Below are positions 51,900 to 64,000 of a DNA stretch of 64,000 nt, in pieces (the first letter of the stretch is position 1; every line of letters begins with the position of its first letter). The DNA lies in the NCBI GenBank assembly GCA_050084985.1, contig JBITNC010000001.1, positions 80,538,001 through 80,602,000 on the forward strand, read 5' to 3'. The translations under genes and the position numbers were made by a program. The notes beneath the pieces were generated by a model that saw only the letters and a program-made list of their open reading frames with translations, had not been told where the DNA came from and ran no database searches. Source of the DNA: Nageia nagi (Eukaryota > Plantae > Pinophyta).

Positions 51900-54800
51900 T
51901 AATATTTGATTACTCAAATGTACATGTAATATTTTAATCACCATTGTTATCATTTTCATCAAGAAGACATATAACATGTTTCCCTTTTGGATTACAATCA
52001 ATTACAAATAACATCTTTTCATCTAGTACATCTAGACAAAAACATATTTGACTACAATGTTGTAGTAAAACATATGGCTCTTTTTCTTGAGGTAAAAATC
52101 ATGTAGAGTCGATTTCATAATAACCACTAGGTATGTCATGTAATATTGATCTTTTGTTTACAAATCCTTCAAACCATTTACATTTGAACGATCTAAACTT
52201 CAATTGTATGATTTTTTATATTTTCCCAACATATCATATTTTTCCTTCTATCAAATTTGTATCTTTTATACTTGTACGACTTGCTTGATCAAAGTCAACC
52301 ATCACTCCACATTCAAAGGTCATTCCATTACTATCTTTCTTTTCAATTATGAAGTGTTGATCATATGCCCACATTGTAAGAAAAGATAATGCTTGCACAC
52401 ATTTTTGTGTAAATGTTATATTGGTGCAAGTATTATATCTATATTATGAAAAAATTAAACTTAGGTCCATAAGAATTAATGAATAATTACTTCATAATTA
52501 CATCCATAAGCTTTATGTAAAGCATCTTCGTAGGTTTTTTCTTTTACACCTTCAGCTAATTTCTCTTCAATTGCTTGCTTTATCCATGGCCTTGGACACT
52601 CTTTTGGCCAAATTTTCATCTCTTAAATGTGGAGGTAAAGGTGTACTCCTTAAATGTTCACTATGAAATAAAATACATTGTGCTAGAATTGCATTTCTTT
52701 TGCTTTCATATATTTCAATCCATTCTTTATAACACTCCATATTCATCATGATAAAATGGTTTATGGATTCATATATGTCATAATCTGTAATTTTTTTGAA
52801 TACATAAAATGAACTTATTAGTAATTATTAATTAAATTAAATAAAAATTACATGTACATAGTACTTATTATAAATTACTATTATCTAAAATGTAGTTAGT
52901 ACCTTTATTAAGAGCATATGATCTCTCGTTTGTTTTTAAAACCTCCCCTTCTAATTTATCATTATCTTTATCTGCTTGTAACCATATCTTTGGAGTTGAA
53001 TCATGAATTTGAGATAGAAAATCACTTACATAAAAAAAATATTGTTATATAATAAATCCTTCACACATAGATCCTTTTGGTCTTGACTTTTGTCTAATAA
53101 ATCCTTTAATTACTTTCAAAAATATTTCCATAAAAAATATGCTTCTAGTACTTATAACATCTACTATTTCAATATTATCTACTAGGTGGATCAATATATG
53201 AACTTGTATATCCATAAAAGCAATAGGCATTTCTTTTTCAAATTTAAAAAAAAATTCTCTTCGCCATCTAGGGATTTCATTAACATGTATTTCCTTTAAA
53301 GTCAACCACCTAGTTATGAAAATATAATTAATATCGTAAGATGTATTTAAAATATATTGAAACCTACAAAATAATAATAAATGCACTATATATTTTCATT
53401 GAACAATATCGTAAATAGCATGAAATACCTTAGAAATAATGATAGTTGACCAATTTCATATCTTAAATCAATAAGTAAAGTTGTACATCCACGAATTGCA
53501 AGTGAATAAATAGTCTATAGCAAAATTTATATTAATCAAAATATAGATGAATAAAATATATACAAATACAAATGTTTTTAAGGTTTTTGATATGCATATA
53601 ATATGAGAATAACTTCAATAAGTTATCATAATCATGAGACTTCAATCCTATCATTTTTCCATAAATTATGAATGCTTTTCTTAGAGATGATGCATATCTC
53701 ATTGGTATTTTAATAGCTCTAACAAGATTTTGTAGAATGTTCACTTCATCTTTGGTCATAAGCCATGACGCTAGAATAGGTGCATTTATTGTTCCATCTG
53801 TATTTTTTGTTACCCAAAAGGTATATTTTATTTTGGTATCCTTTAAGTCATATCTTAGTTGAATATTTTTTGATTCTTTATTTGTTGTATACTGGTATAA
53901 AGAAGATGCAATAATATTTACAATATGCATATGATTCAATAAATATGTCACTAATAAATCCTTCTAGTATTCCAGATTATAAAATATGAACAATCTATTC
54001 ATACCTGAAAACATATGCAAATGTCAATATTTAATTGATAAAATAATTAAATTAATGACATGTTAAAAAGAATGTTTGATATAGTATTTTATTAAATTTT
54101 ATCTTAAGGTAAGTCATATTTTTTAATAATAACATCCTTTAGGTATTTAGCAATACCTTTCTTAAAGGCTTTTATCCAACATTTTTCTTCACTTTCTTGG
54201 TAATTTTTCTACCAATCCTCAAGAGATGCATATTTGGGAATTTTAGTGTGATCAATTTGACCATTAAATTATGATTTCATATTTCAAAACTCATGATCTA
54301 ATGGTAAATATTTTATGTGGCCAAAGTATTCCATTTTCTGTAAGTGTTTTGAATATCATGCTGTGAGATAATCTGCACACCATGGACAAGCATGATAACC
54401 TTTTGTACGCAAGCTTGCAATACATTTTTATTAGAGAATAATTGCTATATATAATTTTAGAAAATTAAATATTTATAATTAAATATTTTAATATAAATTT
54501 AAATGTATTAAAAATTATATATACGTAGTTGAATAAACACTAAGACCTGGATAATCATGTATAGTCCAACATAGTATGCCATACAATGTGAATGATCTTT
54601 GTTGGATGGGTCTACTTATGTTAATCATATTCTAAATTCCATTCCATAATTGCATTAGTTCATCAATTAATGGTTCAAAGTAGATATCCATATTTTTCAC
54701 TTGATTTGGTCTAGGAACTAAAAATGTTAACATTAAATATTCTTTTTCCAAGGACATTGATGGAGGTATATTATAATTAACTATAACAATGAGCCACACT

Positions 54801-57800
54801 AAATAATTAGATGATTGTATGGAATATGGATTGACACCATCAATTGCTAAATCCAACCTAAAACTTCTAAGTTGATCCTGAAATTTATCGAGCCAAATAT
54901 TTTCTATATGTTTCATTGCTCTGGAATCTTTAGGAACATGTAATACACCATATTCACTTCTATTTTTTACATTCTAATCCATATATTGTGCAAGGGAATC
55001 ACACTTATACATTCTAATGAATCTATCGATAATTGGAAGATGGCGAACAACATTCAAAGGAACATGTTTTTTTCTATAGTTCTTAGATGATATCTATTTA
55101 CACCACACTTTATACATACACTCAATTTTTCATATCATCCTTTATATAATATGCAATTATTAACACAAGCATGGTATGAAACACATGGTGTTAGAGTTAG
55201 TTAAGCTTGCTAGGTTAGGGTATCTAACTTTAGAGTCCCTAAGTTAGTTATCATTTAATATTTACGATCATTGAATGTTTACGATCATTTAATGTTTACC
55301 GTTGTTTTGTAAAACCATGTGCACAATACCATGTGCTCAAACCATGGTATTCGTTCTTGTAAATGCCTATTTATAGGCATGTCTCATTGTATCAATATAA
55401 GTTTTTCCTATTTCCTTTCATGGTATCAGAGCGGGTCGACCTCTGAATCTCCCTCAATTTGATCAGCAAATCTGTGAGGGGGGATTGGCCTCTTTACGCC
55501 AATCCCCCCCTCATCTCCATTTTTTTTTTGCTACTTTTTGATGTGTGGTACCCGGCTCTCTTCTAGCTTTTCTCTTTCAGGGGAATTGCTGTGTAGAGCC
55601 ATTGTAAGCATTCAGTCTTGGAGTCTTTGGCATCGGATCTTCATAGTTGGGTTCTCTCTCGCATCCTTATCTTGACGGATCTGCATGCATGCGTGTTTTT
55701 CAGCCTATGGGTTCAGGATCCCCACTCCCTGTGTTTGAGTTTTTTCTCACGCCTTTCACAGCTGACACCTTTGTCCTGGGAACGTTTGCATGAGGCTCGT
55801 CTCCCCGCCTTCGTCGTTGCTGCCTCGCATCGCCGCTTCATTGCATAGGCCTCGCATTTTTCACCGACCATCGCTGACTACAAATACGTCCAGATCTAAT
55901 GCGCATCTTTCACTCAACTCCTCGCGCAACCCTGCTCGCGGCCCTCCTATCTGCTGCTTCATTTTCGACCTTCTTAAGCTGCTTGCACGTGTTTTTGACT
56001 ACCTATGCTCCTCCCACGACGGTTATGGCTACCTCATAATTTTTTCCCCGCATCCACGATGGCGTTGACTTTGCCTAGTCTTCGTTGCTCAGTTTCGTCG
56101 CATTTTTCTCCTACGTAGCCACTCGAAAATGCCACGTTCGTTCGCTCGTTCATCTCGGCATTTCCTGCGTAGCCTGATGGTGGTCGTCGTCACCCTTCCA
56201 CGACAACGTTGACCTCCATGCTGTGCATCGTCATCTGCACATTATCGTTTGCTGTTCATCTATGGCCTGGTCATCGTTGTTTGTCCATGAAGCTGCTGCT
56301 CATTGCACCTAATGAGTGTTCCTCCAGGCGTTTTCCTACGTAGCCAGTCGTCGCTCACAAATATGCCGCTCAGATTACCTATTTCTTGGCATTTCCTACG
56401 TGGCTATTCTTCTACTTCGCGTTCCCTACCACTGCTCTGTCCTTACCGCTTCGTGGTTGGTCGCTAGTTGACCTCCCTTCATGCTGCATGTTGGGCTCGT
56501 GTCGCTCTTTAAGGGTTGGACATGCTGACTTATTTCCTTTCACCAAGAATTGGACCCCCACCAATTTCGAATTTAATTGGGGCAGCTTGTGTAATAGTCA
56601 CATTTTTCGAGATTATGCTTTCATCGGGGCTCTTTTTTGGGAACGGACACTTTCATGATGTTCCTCATTCCATTCCGATCGTTTTGAGTAGCTGCATGAC
56701 CCATTTTGCCTCCCCCATCAATCGTGAATCACAATTTGAAGTTCTGCCATTTAAATTTAATTAAATTCACTGTTTTTAATTTAATTAAATTTTTCTAATG
56801 TTTTGGGCATTAAAAATTTAATTTTTGCTCCAAAATGAATTAATTCTATAACTTTTGCAAACGGACTTCATTTTGAGTGCTATTTTTTGCATTATGGAGC
56901 AGACTTTGAATAGTTTTTGATGAATTGGTTGTAAGCCTAATTTATAAAGGCAAATTTTAAGGGGGGGCTTTATTTACAACTTTGTTTTGATAGGTTCCTA
57001 GGAGACACATCATGAGGATCAAACCTTATTGTAGTCTTGAACTTTTGTTCAACATCACTTTGGTTGATGTTTAGTACTGCATTATCATTCCTCATGCTCC
57101 CGTCGATTTTTTGACAGTCGTAGTTAGTGGACTTGTTCTCTACTAAGTTGTGTGGTCATCAACATCTTTTATAGGGGATTACTTCATGTTCCAGTTGGGA
57201 GGACTTCTATTTGTATCCAATTTTTTGCATCTTCCTCGTGTTGCATTCTCTTCATCGTGTTGAATCTTGGCACAATGAGTTTTGGTGATCCATCTTCTTC
57301 GACAGTGTTCCTGAGTTCAACATCGACTTCCTTCATGGATCCTTGTACCATTTTTGGTACAGTGTTAATGGGTTCTAGGTACCATTTGGTGTGCCTTTTG
57401 CATCATCAACAAGCTCTTCAAAGAAAAGTTCGTGCCCTCATTTCAGGTTGAGGGACTCTCTTTGTTTGTGTTGATCGAGTAGTGACTCTTTGATCCAGCT
57501 TTTGTTGGAGGTTCTTTGTTCTTCAGTTGCACATGTTCATTATCTTTGGTCACTCTACAACTTCTTTGTGCTTGATTCATTTTGTTAATGGGTACCTCAT
57601 CAGGCCTTGTTGGCGGGACCCATATTGTACTAGTTTGCTTCTGTCTACTACCTTCTAACCTCGCTTAAAGGGGGGTGTTAGAGTTAGTTAAGCTTGCTAG
57701 GTTAGGGTATCTAACTTTAGAGTCCCTAAGTTAGTTATCATTTAATATTTACGATCATTGAATGTTTACGATCATTTAATGTTTACCGTTGTTTTGTAAA

Positions 57801-58352
57801 ACCATGTGCACAATACCATGTGCTCAAACCATGGTATTCGTTCTTGTAAATGCCTATTTATAGGCATGTCTCATTGTATCAATATAACTTTTTCCTATTT
57901 CCTTTCACATGGTACCCCTACATCCTTCAAACATTTTCATGCTCTTCTACATGAAGAAGGGATGATATTGTCACTTGGAAGCAATTTTTCATTTAGTAAC
58001 CTATAATACAAATAAAATCGTAAAATTATTATGTATATAATAAAAAAAGTTTGAAAAATGTTCAACAAAATTTATAAAAAAAGAAAAAAATTGTAAAAAT
58101 AAATACATACTTCAGAAGATCATTGACACTTATATTTGACCATCCATTTTTTACCATTATATTCATGATAAGTAGGAGTGCTTCCAACTTGGAAATAGAT
58201 GCTCCATTGTATAAAGGTATTTTGGTAGTAGCATACATGTTATCATTTTCTAAATCACCTCCTCTTCCATCATCATGTGCATGAGGATTATCATTCATGT
58301 CTACATTTGTATCATCTTCATGTGTATAGATTGATTGAAATAAATCATGCAT
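51900..58352 (-). pseudogene. TNP2/TnpD-like (Transposase_21) transposase pseudogene with DUF4218- and DUF4216-like segments, interrupted by an LTR element
   Basis: Motifs PLYNGASISKLEALL, YHACVNNCILY, LAIDGVNPYS...YNIPP...MDIYFEPLIDELMQLWNG, GLKSHDYDNLL, DIQVHILIHLV...RPKGSMCEG and FKCKWF. Confidence 0.88.
55189..57907 (+). mobile_element. Young non-autonomous LTR retrotransposon (TRIM/LARD-like, 2719 bp)
   Basis: 232-bp LTRs at 55189-55420 and 57676-57907, differing at one base by eye; TG...CA; perfect TSD CATGG; PBS TGGTATCAGAGC (55421-55432); PPT AAAGGGGGG; no gag/pol motifs inside. Confidence 0.95.
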
Positions 58353-58877
58353 TGCATTTTGTTATTGATCATGAGAGTTATAATGTCTTTCATCATTTTC
58401 ACTATCTTAATTCATGATTTGAACAAGAGCCACTAGATATGGATTTGTAATGAATTCTACATATGCATCCCTACTTAATATATTCTTTAGTTGCTTCCTT
58501 TTTTTCAATGTAAGGTTAGCGTATAAGATATTGCATTCGACTCATCTTGTGTGTCTATTGCAGTATGATGTGCTTGTGAAATTAGTTATTACAAATAATT
58601 AATATAATTAAAAAAATAACTTTAACAAGTATTTGTAACATTCGATAAGTATATGTCAATAACATTAATAATTACATAAGTTTAAGTAAAAATTGAACAA
58701 ATAACATGAGTTTAAGTAAAAATATATAAACAATTCCAACAATTATGTTCTTCAACAAATAACATCCCTTAAGGATCTTCAACAAAATAGCAAATAACAT
58801 AGTTTAAAGTCATAATTGCATGCCTAGCACTATAAATATTACTCATTTCTACTACAATATCCTTTTTCTTTATGCTT

Positions 58878-59390
58878 TTATCCTATTTTAATAAATACAT
58901 TTGGATCTCCTAAATCCATACATCTCTTACATTCTAGAATATGTTTATTGATGTTGTAATTCACTAAGATCTCATCACTAGGGTTAAAAGTTACAATAGG
59001 AACCACACCTACAAAAAAATTTATTTTTCTAGGCATAAAGTCATATTTATCGTTTGCATATTCCAAAAAATCACAATTTGTTGGATTGCCTATGCCTTTG
59101 GAGCTATTTATATATCCTATAATGTTTCCATGTATCTTTGGTCAACCATCAATGTACATATGTCACGCATCTTTTATTTGTGATGTTGCATTTCCACACA
59201 TACCATATTTAGCCATACTAAAGAAATATGATGTTATCATCCTCCAGTCCATAATATTATAGATTGGCCCACAAAATCGCATCAATGCTTCTTTTTCAGT
59301 GAATGGATGAACTTGTACATTTGATAATATAAACAAACCCATACTTGCATTAGGTATATTAGAAGGTTTAATCATATATGAATGACCACA
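58878..59390 (-). pseudogene. SET-domain-like ORF (degenerate) inside the CACTA element
   Basis: One frame with two TGA stops: IKPSNIPNASMGLF...FCGPIY...YIDG*PKIHGNIIGYINSSKG...NCDF...TFNPSDEILVNY. The order and spacing match SET motifs (GxGLF, N-x-S, NC, GEELxxxY). Confidence 0.7.
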
Positions 59391-60519
59391 CTAAGTGAAT
59401 TGTTCATAAGCTTTTGGAAAAAGGTTTTTCGATTGGCCATGCACCATGTGCCTTGTAATCATAGGTAGACTTGTATAAATGTACAACATTAGGTGTTAAA
59501 TGCAAATCACCAACACTATCATCTGGTAGCTCAATTGGATCAACATTTGGTAGTTGTAATCGAAGAAATCATCCTTCATTTCTTATTCTTGTACATTATT
59601 TTGCTCTATCTTCATCTGATGAATCTACATATTCTAGCATCCTAACCTTAACATTCTCTTTTAGATGTTCAAAAATCTACTAGGTTCAACTACAACAATG
59701 GGATATTTCTTAACCATAGTAGGTAATGCTTCCTCTATATTAGGTAGACCATCATTTTCATAATAATGTATTTCTACATATCCCCTTTGATATTTTTACC
59801 AACCCTTACATCTTGAACAACCACATACAACAAGTGCTTTATACTAAAGAGTGATAAGTTCACTAAATCCTTCTATCATATTTTCATCCATTGGTTCAAC
59901 TCTTGGAAATGCACATCTTGCTGGGTACAACTTTGTGGATACTTTATCTCTTCTAATTGATGATTTAATTGAGGTTAATAAGAATTTTAATCGGGTCTAA
60001 TATAAACATCAATACAAATAAAAAACATCCTTCATGAAAAAATTGAAAATTAAATTAAAAAGTCATGCATGCTAATTAATTACCTCATGATCATCATCAT
60101 CCTCTAAAGATGAAGATTGAAGATGATCTTGTAACATTATCCAAATATTGAATAATTAATAAAACCATATAATTTTATAAAAGTGAAAATTTAATTAATT
60201 TTAAATGTCTACTTATCTAATAAAATTTGAGTATACATTCATAATATATACCTCATTTTTATCTAAATATATGTTTGTCCTCCTAGTATGAATGTTTGGT
60301 GCTATCTATTCTTCATCATCTGATGATGAAATATCTATCCTTTTCTCATGAATTAATAGTGGTATAGGATCATCATTAGATGAGACATCATCAACCCTTC
60401 TAGCCCTCAATATATTAATCACCAAGCCAATGATGATGTTGATAATAATGTCATTAACCTACTTCAACATTAAGTAATACAATTAGAAATAATGAAATTT
60501 AAGTTAAAATTTTAACTCT

Positions 60520-62045
60520 AAAGGTTTAGGATGAAGGGTTTAGGGTTTAAGGTTTAGGATGTATGATTTAGGCTTAAGGTTAAGGATGTATGATTTATAT
60601 TTTAAGGTTTAGGATGTAGGATGTATGGTTTAGGTTTTAAGATGTAGGATTTTGGATTTACATTTAGGATTTAGGATCTAAGGTTTAGGTATTAGAATTT
60701 AGGGTTTAGGATGTAGCATTTAGGATTTAAGGTTTAGGATGAAGGGTTTAGGGTTTATGATGAAGGGTGTAGGGTTTAGGATTTATGATGAAGGGTGTAG
60801 GGATTATGATGAAGGGTTTAAGGATTATGATGAAGGGTTTAAGGAATATGATGAAGGGTTTAAGGATTGTGATCAAGGGTTTAGGGTTGTAAAAAATCAA
60901 GGGTTGTAAAAAATCAAGGTTTAAAAAATTCGAGTTGTAAAAATCAAGGTTGTAAAAAATTATGGTTTAGGATGTAGGGTTTAGGGTATAATTTATATGG
61001 TTTAAGGTTTAAGGTTTAGACTGTAGGGTTTAGGGTATAAGTTTTACGATTTAGAGTTTAAGGTTTAGGGTGTAGGGTTCTAGATTCAATATTTAGGATT
61101 TAGGGTTTAGGGTTTAAGGTTTAGGATGTAGGGTTTAAGGTTTATGATAAAAGGTTTAGGGTTTAGGATATAGGGTTTGGGGTTTAAGTTTTATGGTTTA
61201 GGATGTAGGGTTTAGGGTTTATCCATTAAGGTTTAATATGTAGGGGTTAGGGTTTAGGGTTTATGATGCAAGGTTTAGGATTAAGGGTTTATGATGAAGG
61301 CTTTAGGGTTTAGGATATAAGATGTAGGGTTTAGGGTTTAAGATGTATTATTTAGGGTTTATGATAAAGGGTTTAGGGTATATGATGAAGGGTTTATGGT
61401 TTAGGGTTTAGGATGTAAGGTTTAGGGTTTAAGGTTTACAATGAAGGGTTTAAGGTTTATGATCAAGGGTTTAGGGTTTATGATGAATGGTTTAGGGTTT
61501 ATATTGAAAGGTTAAGGGTTTAGGGTTTGTGATGAAGGGTTTAGGGTTTAGGATGTATTATTTAGGATTTAATATGTAGGGTTTAGGGATTATGATGAAG
61601 GGTTTAGGATGTAGGGTTTAGGATGTACGGTTTAGGGTTTATGATGAAGGGTTTAGGGTGTAGGGTTTGTGATGACGAGTGTAGATTTTATGATGAAGGG
61701 TTTAGGGTGTAGGGTTTGTGATTAAGGGTGTAGGGTTTGTGATGATGGCTTTAGGATTTTAGATGCAAGGTTTAGGATGTAAGTTTTAGGGTTTAAGGTT
61801 TAGTATGTAGGGTTTAAGGTGTAAGGTTTAGGTTTTATGATGAAATGTTTAGGGTTTATGATGAAGGGTTTATAGTTTAGGGTTTAGGATGTAGCGTTTA
61901 GGGTTTAGGATGTATTATTTAAGGTTTATGATGAAGGTTTTAGGGTTTGTGATGAAGGGTTTAGGGTTAAGATTTAGGGTTTAGGGTTTAAGGTAGGGTT
62001 AAATATTAAAGGTTTATGTTTAAATATTTAGGGTTTAGGGTTTAA
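60520..62045 (+). repeat. Degenerate interstitial telomere-like (TTTAGGG) array
   Basis: Many TTTAGGG heptamers in phase with variants TTTATGA, TGAAGGG, TGTAGGG and TTTAAGG. Confidence 0.9.
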
Positions 62046-62814
62046 GAATTGAACAACCTATATTTCTACTTAAGAAAATATAATATTTATCTTTATTATT
62101 ACTTTACAAATATATATCAAATAATCTATATGCCTAATTACTTTATCATGCAATGCGATATGGTTATCTTTTTTACAACTTCACAAATTGATTAAATCTT
62201 ATTAATGTGAGTGATGTGAAGATTATAGTTAAAGTTTTTAATTCTCCTAGAATGTATACTAATTAAGTGTTAAAATAAGGTAGGTTAGTAAAACTATAAG
62301 CTAGGTTTACCATATCTTATCAATGAATCACATAAAAATATATTGGAAGTGGTCATTACAACTTTGCCTCCATCATTGATAATCTATCCCTTGCCTAATC
62401 GAAGCGGGCTCCAAGCTCAATATGGTGGCCAAAAATGATTCGAAGGACTAACTCTTGACATGGTGATTAAATGTGTCCCCATTTTGCAATGGGTAAATGG
62501 GAATACCATTAGGCGAGTAGTTAGTGGCTTGCCAAGAGTATCAACCCTCAATAACGTAGCCAATGGACTAACTAACCCATTGGTGTCACCCATGCAACTA
62601 TCATCTCCTTTATTTATAGTCATTCGATAGAAAGTAACAAATCTTATCCTAAGGGAAAACTACCTTGGTAATCAAATCCAAGTGTAGCCCGCTCTATGGC
62701 TCAATAATTATGGTGGTGGAAACTTAAGAAAATTAGAATTAATGGTTGGTCATCACCTCCAACTTATTGATGTTCATTTTAAAGGCATCATGTATATGCA
62801 TCTATGAAAAAAAA

Positions 62815-63570
62815 TAACTATATTAACATTGCACTAACATTAACATTAACATCATATTATTTATATTAACATAACATTAACATCTAGTTATCTAAATTAG
62901 CAATCCATTAACATCAAATGAACACTAACATCACATTAACTATATTAACACAACATTAACATAACATTAGCATTGCCTTAACTATATTAGCTTTTCATTA
63001 ATACTAATATCACATTAACTCTATTAACATAACACAAACATCACCTTATCCATATTAGCATGGCATCATTATAGCATTAACAATAACATAACATTAAAAT
63101 AATATGAACATAATATTAACATCTAATTGTATCAAATATTGATATATAACATTACCATATCTTACCAACGAGTCACATAATGGTATATTGGAAGTGGTCA
63201 TTACAACTTTGTCTCCGCCATCAACAATCTAACCCTCTAATTAACGCGGGCTTAAAACTTGATGATGTTAACATTAAAATTAACTTATAGAATTGACATT
63301 ACCATAACATTATCATTGATATAACATTAACATACCATTACCATTAACATTGATATTAACAATCTAACATTGATGTATAGCATTCACATTGATGTAACAT
63401 TAAATGTCACATAACATTAACATTGACATGATATTAACATATTTGAAACTCATAAAATCAAATCCTAATCCAAAAACCCTAACTTGACTCATAACCTTAA
63501 CATTATAAATGTATATATTAACATAATTAACATTAACAAAGCATTAATGATATCATAATATTAAAATTAC
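62815..63570. repeat. Low-complexity (TAACAT/CATTAA)n-like array
   Basis: Repeated attaacat, taacatt and cattaac units. Confidence 0.75.
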
Positions 63571-64000
63571 ATTTTATTAATTTAATGGTATTTATAATTT
63601 AAGTTTTTTATGAATCAATCTAAAATATTTAATATTTTTAAAAGTAAATATTTATGAATTTAATATAATATTTTTATCTAAATTTGATTGATAATTATTT
63701 AATATTTCGAGTATTTTTGAAATTATTTAATATTTTAAGTATTTTTAAAATTATTTAGTATTTTAAAATTAATTAATGTCAATTTTTATATTGTCTAATT
63801 TTCATTATGATGACATGATGCATTCCTTGATGCATCAAGTAGGCCATGCAATATTAAAAAATAAAAGGGGCATATCCCATGTGCCCCATTAATCATTTTT
63901 TTAGTCGAATATCACGAGAGGGACAGGGTAGAGAGTCTTTGTCTATGGAATAGGGAGACATAAGGGTTAGATTTGGACAAAATCTGAAAGTTTTCCATTA

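Larger units (their letters stand above)
51267..64000 (-). mobile_element. Large degenerate CACTA (En/Spm) transposon; the other end probably lies outside the window
   Basis: CATTACTACA (CACTACTACA-like) terminus at 51267; subterminal TGATGCATCAA-type repeats at 51290-51500 and again near 63815-63840; TNP2 transposase remnants. Confidence 0.75.

Noticed and set aside
55618-57451. ORFs inside the young LTR element as gag/pol or cargo genes
   Set aside because: They are short, lack retroviral or other recognisable motifs, and are expected in GC-richer sequence.
60520-62045. True chromosome telomere or CRISPR-like array
   Set aside because: The array is degenerate, is flanked on both sides by transposon-like DNA, and has no repeat-spacer structure; the context is eukaryotic.

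Overview
Plant genomic DNA, probably from a large-genome seed plant such as a gymnosperm (inferred from the multi-kb TE-filled introns; the taxon cannot be fixed from the sequence). The window holds the 5' two-thirds of a minus-strand mitochondrial NAD-dependent malic enzyme gene of the beta/NAD-ME2 type. Eleven constant exons (25284 down to 684) have GT-AG boundaries and compatible phases, and the gene continues past position 1. The main observation is that exon 1 is present five times, as a tandem array at 41974-47850. Each copy is intact but divergent, with its own ATG, a different mitochondrial-presequence-like N-terminus, the conserved KRGSD(I/V)LHD(P/Q)WF(N/T)K motif, a phase-0 AAG|GT donor and its own upstream region. 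All five sit above a single exon 2. This variable-first-exon/constant-exon layout resembles UGT1A or clustered protocadherin loci. The introns contain a degenerate hAT element with an 8-bp TSD, several solo LTRs with 5-bp TSDs, nested LTR elements, a deleted Copia element and a foldback element. Upstream of the gene lie a Helitron helicase remnant and a large CACTA element. The CACTA carries a degenerate TNP2 transposase, a SET-domain-like ORF and a telomere-like TTTAGGG array, and is interrupted by a very young non-coding LTR element.
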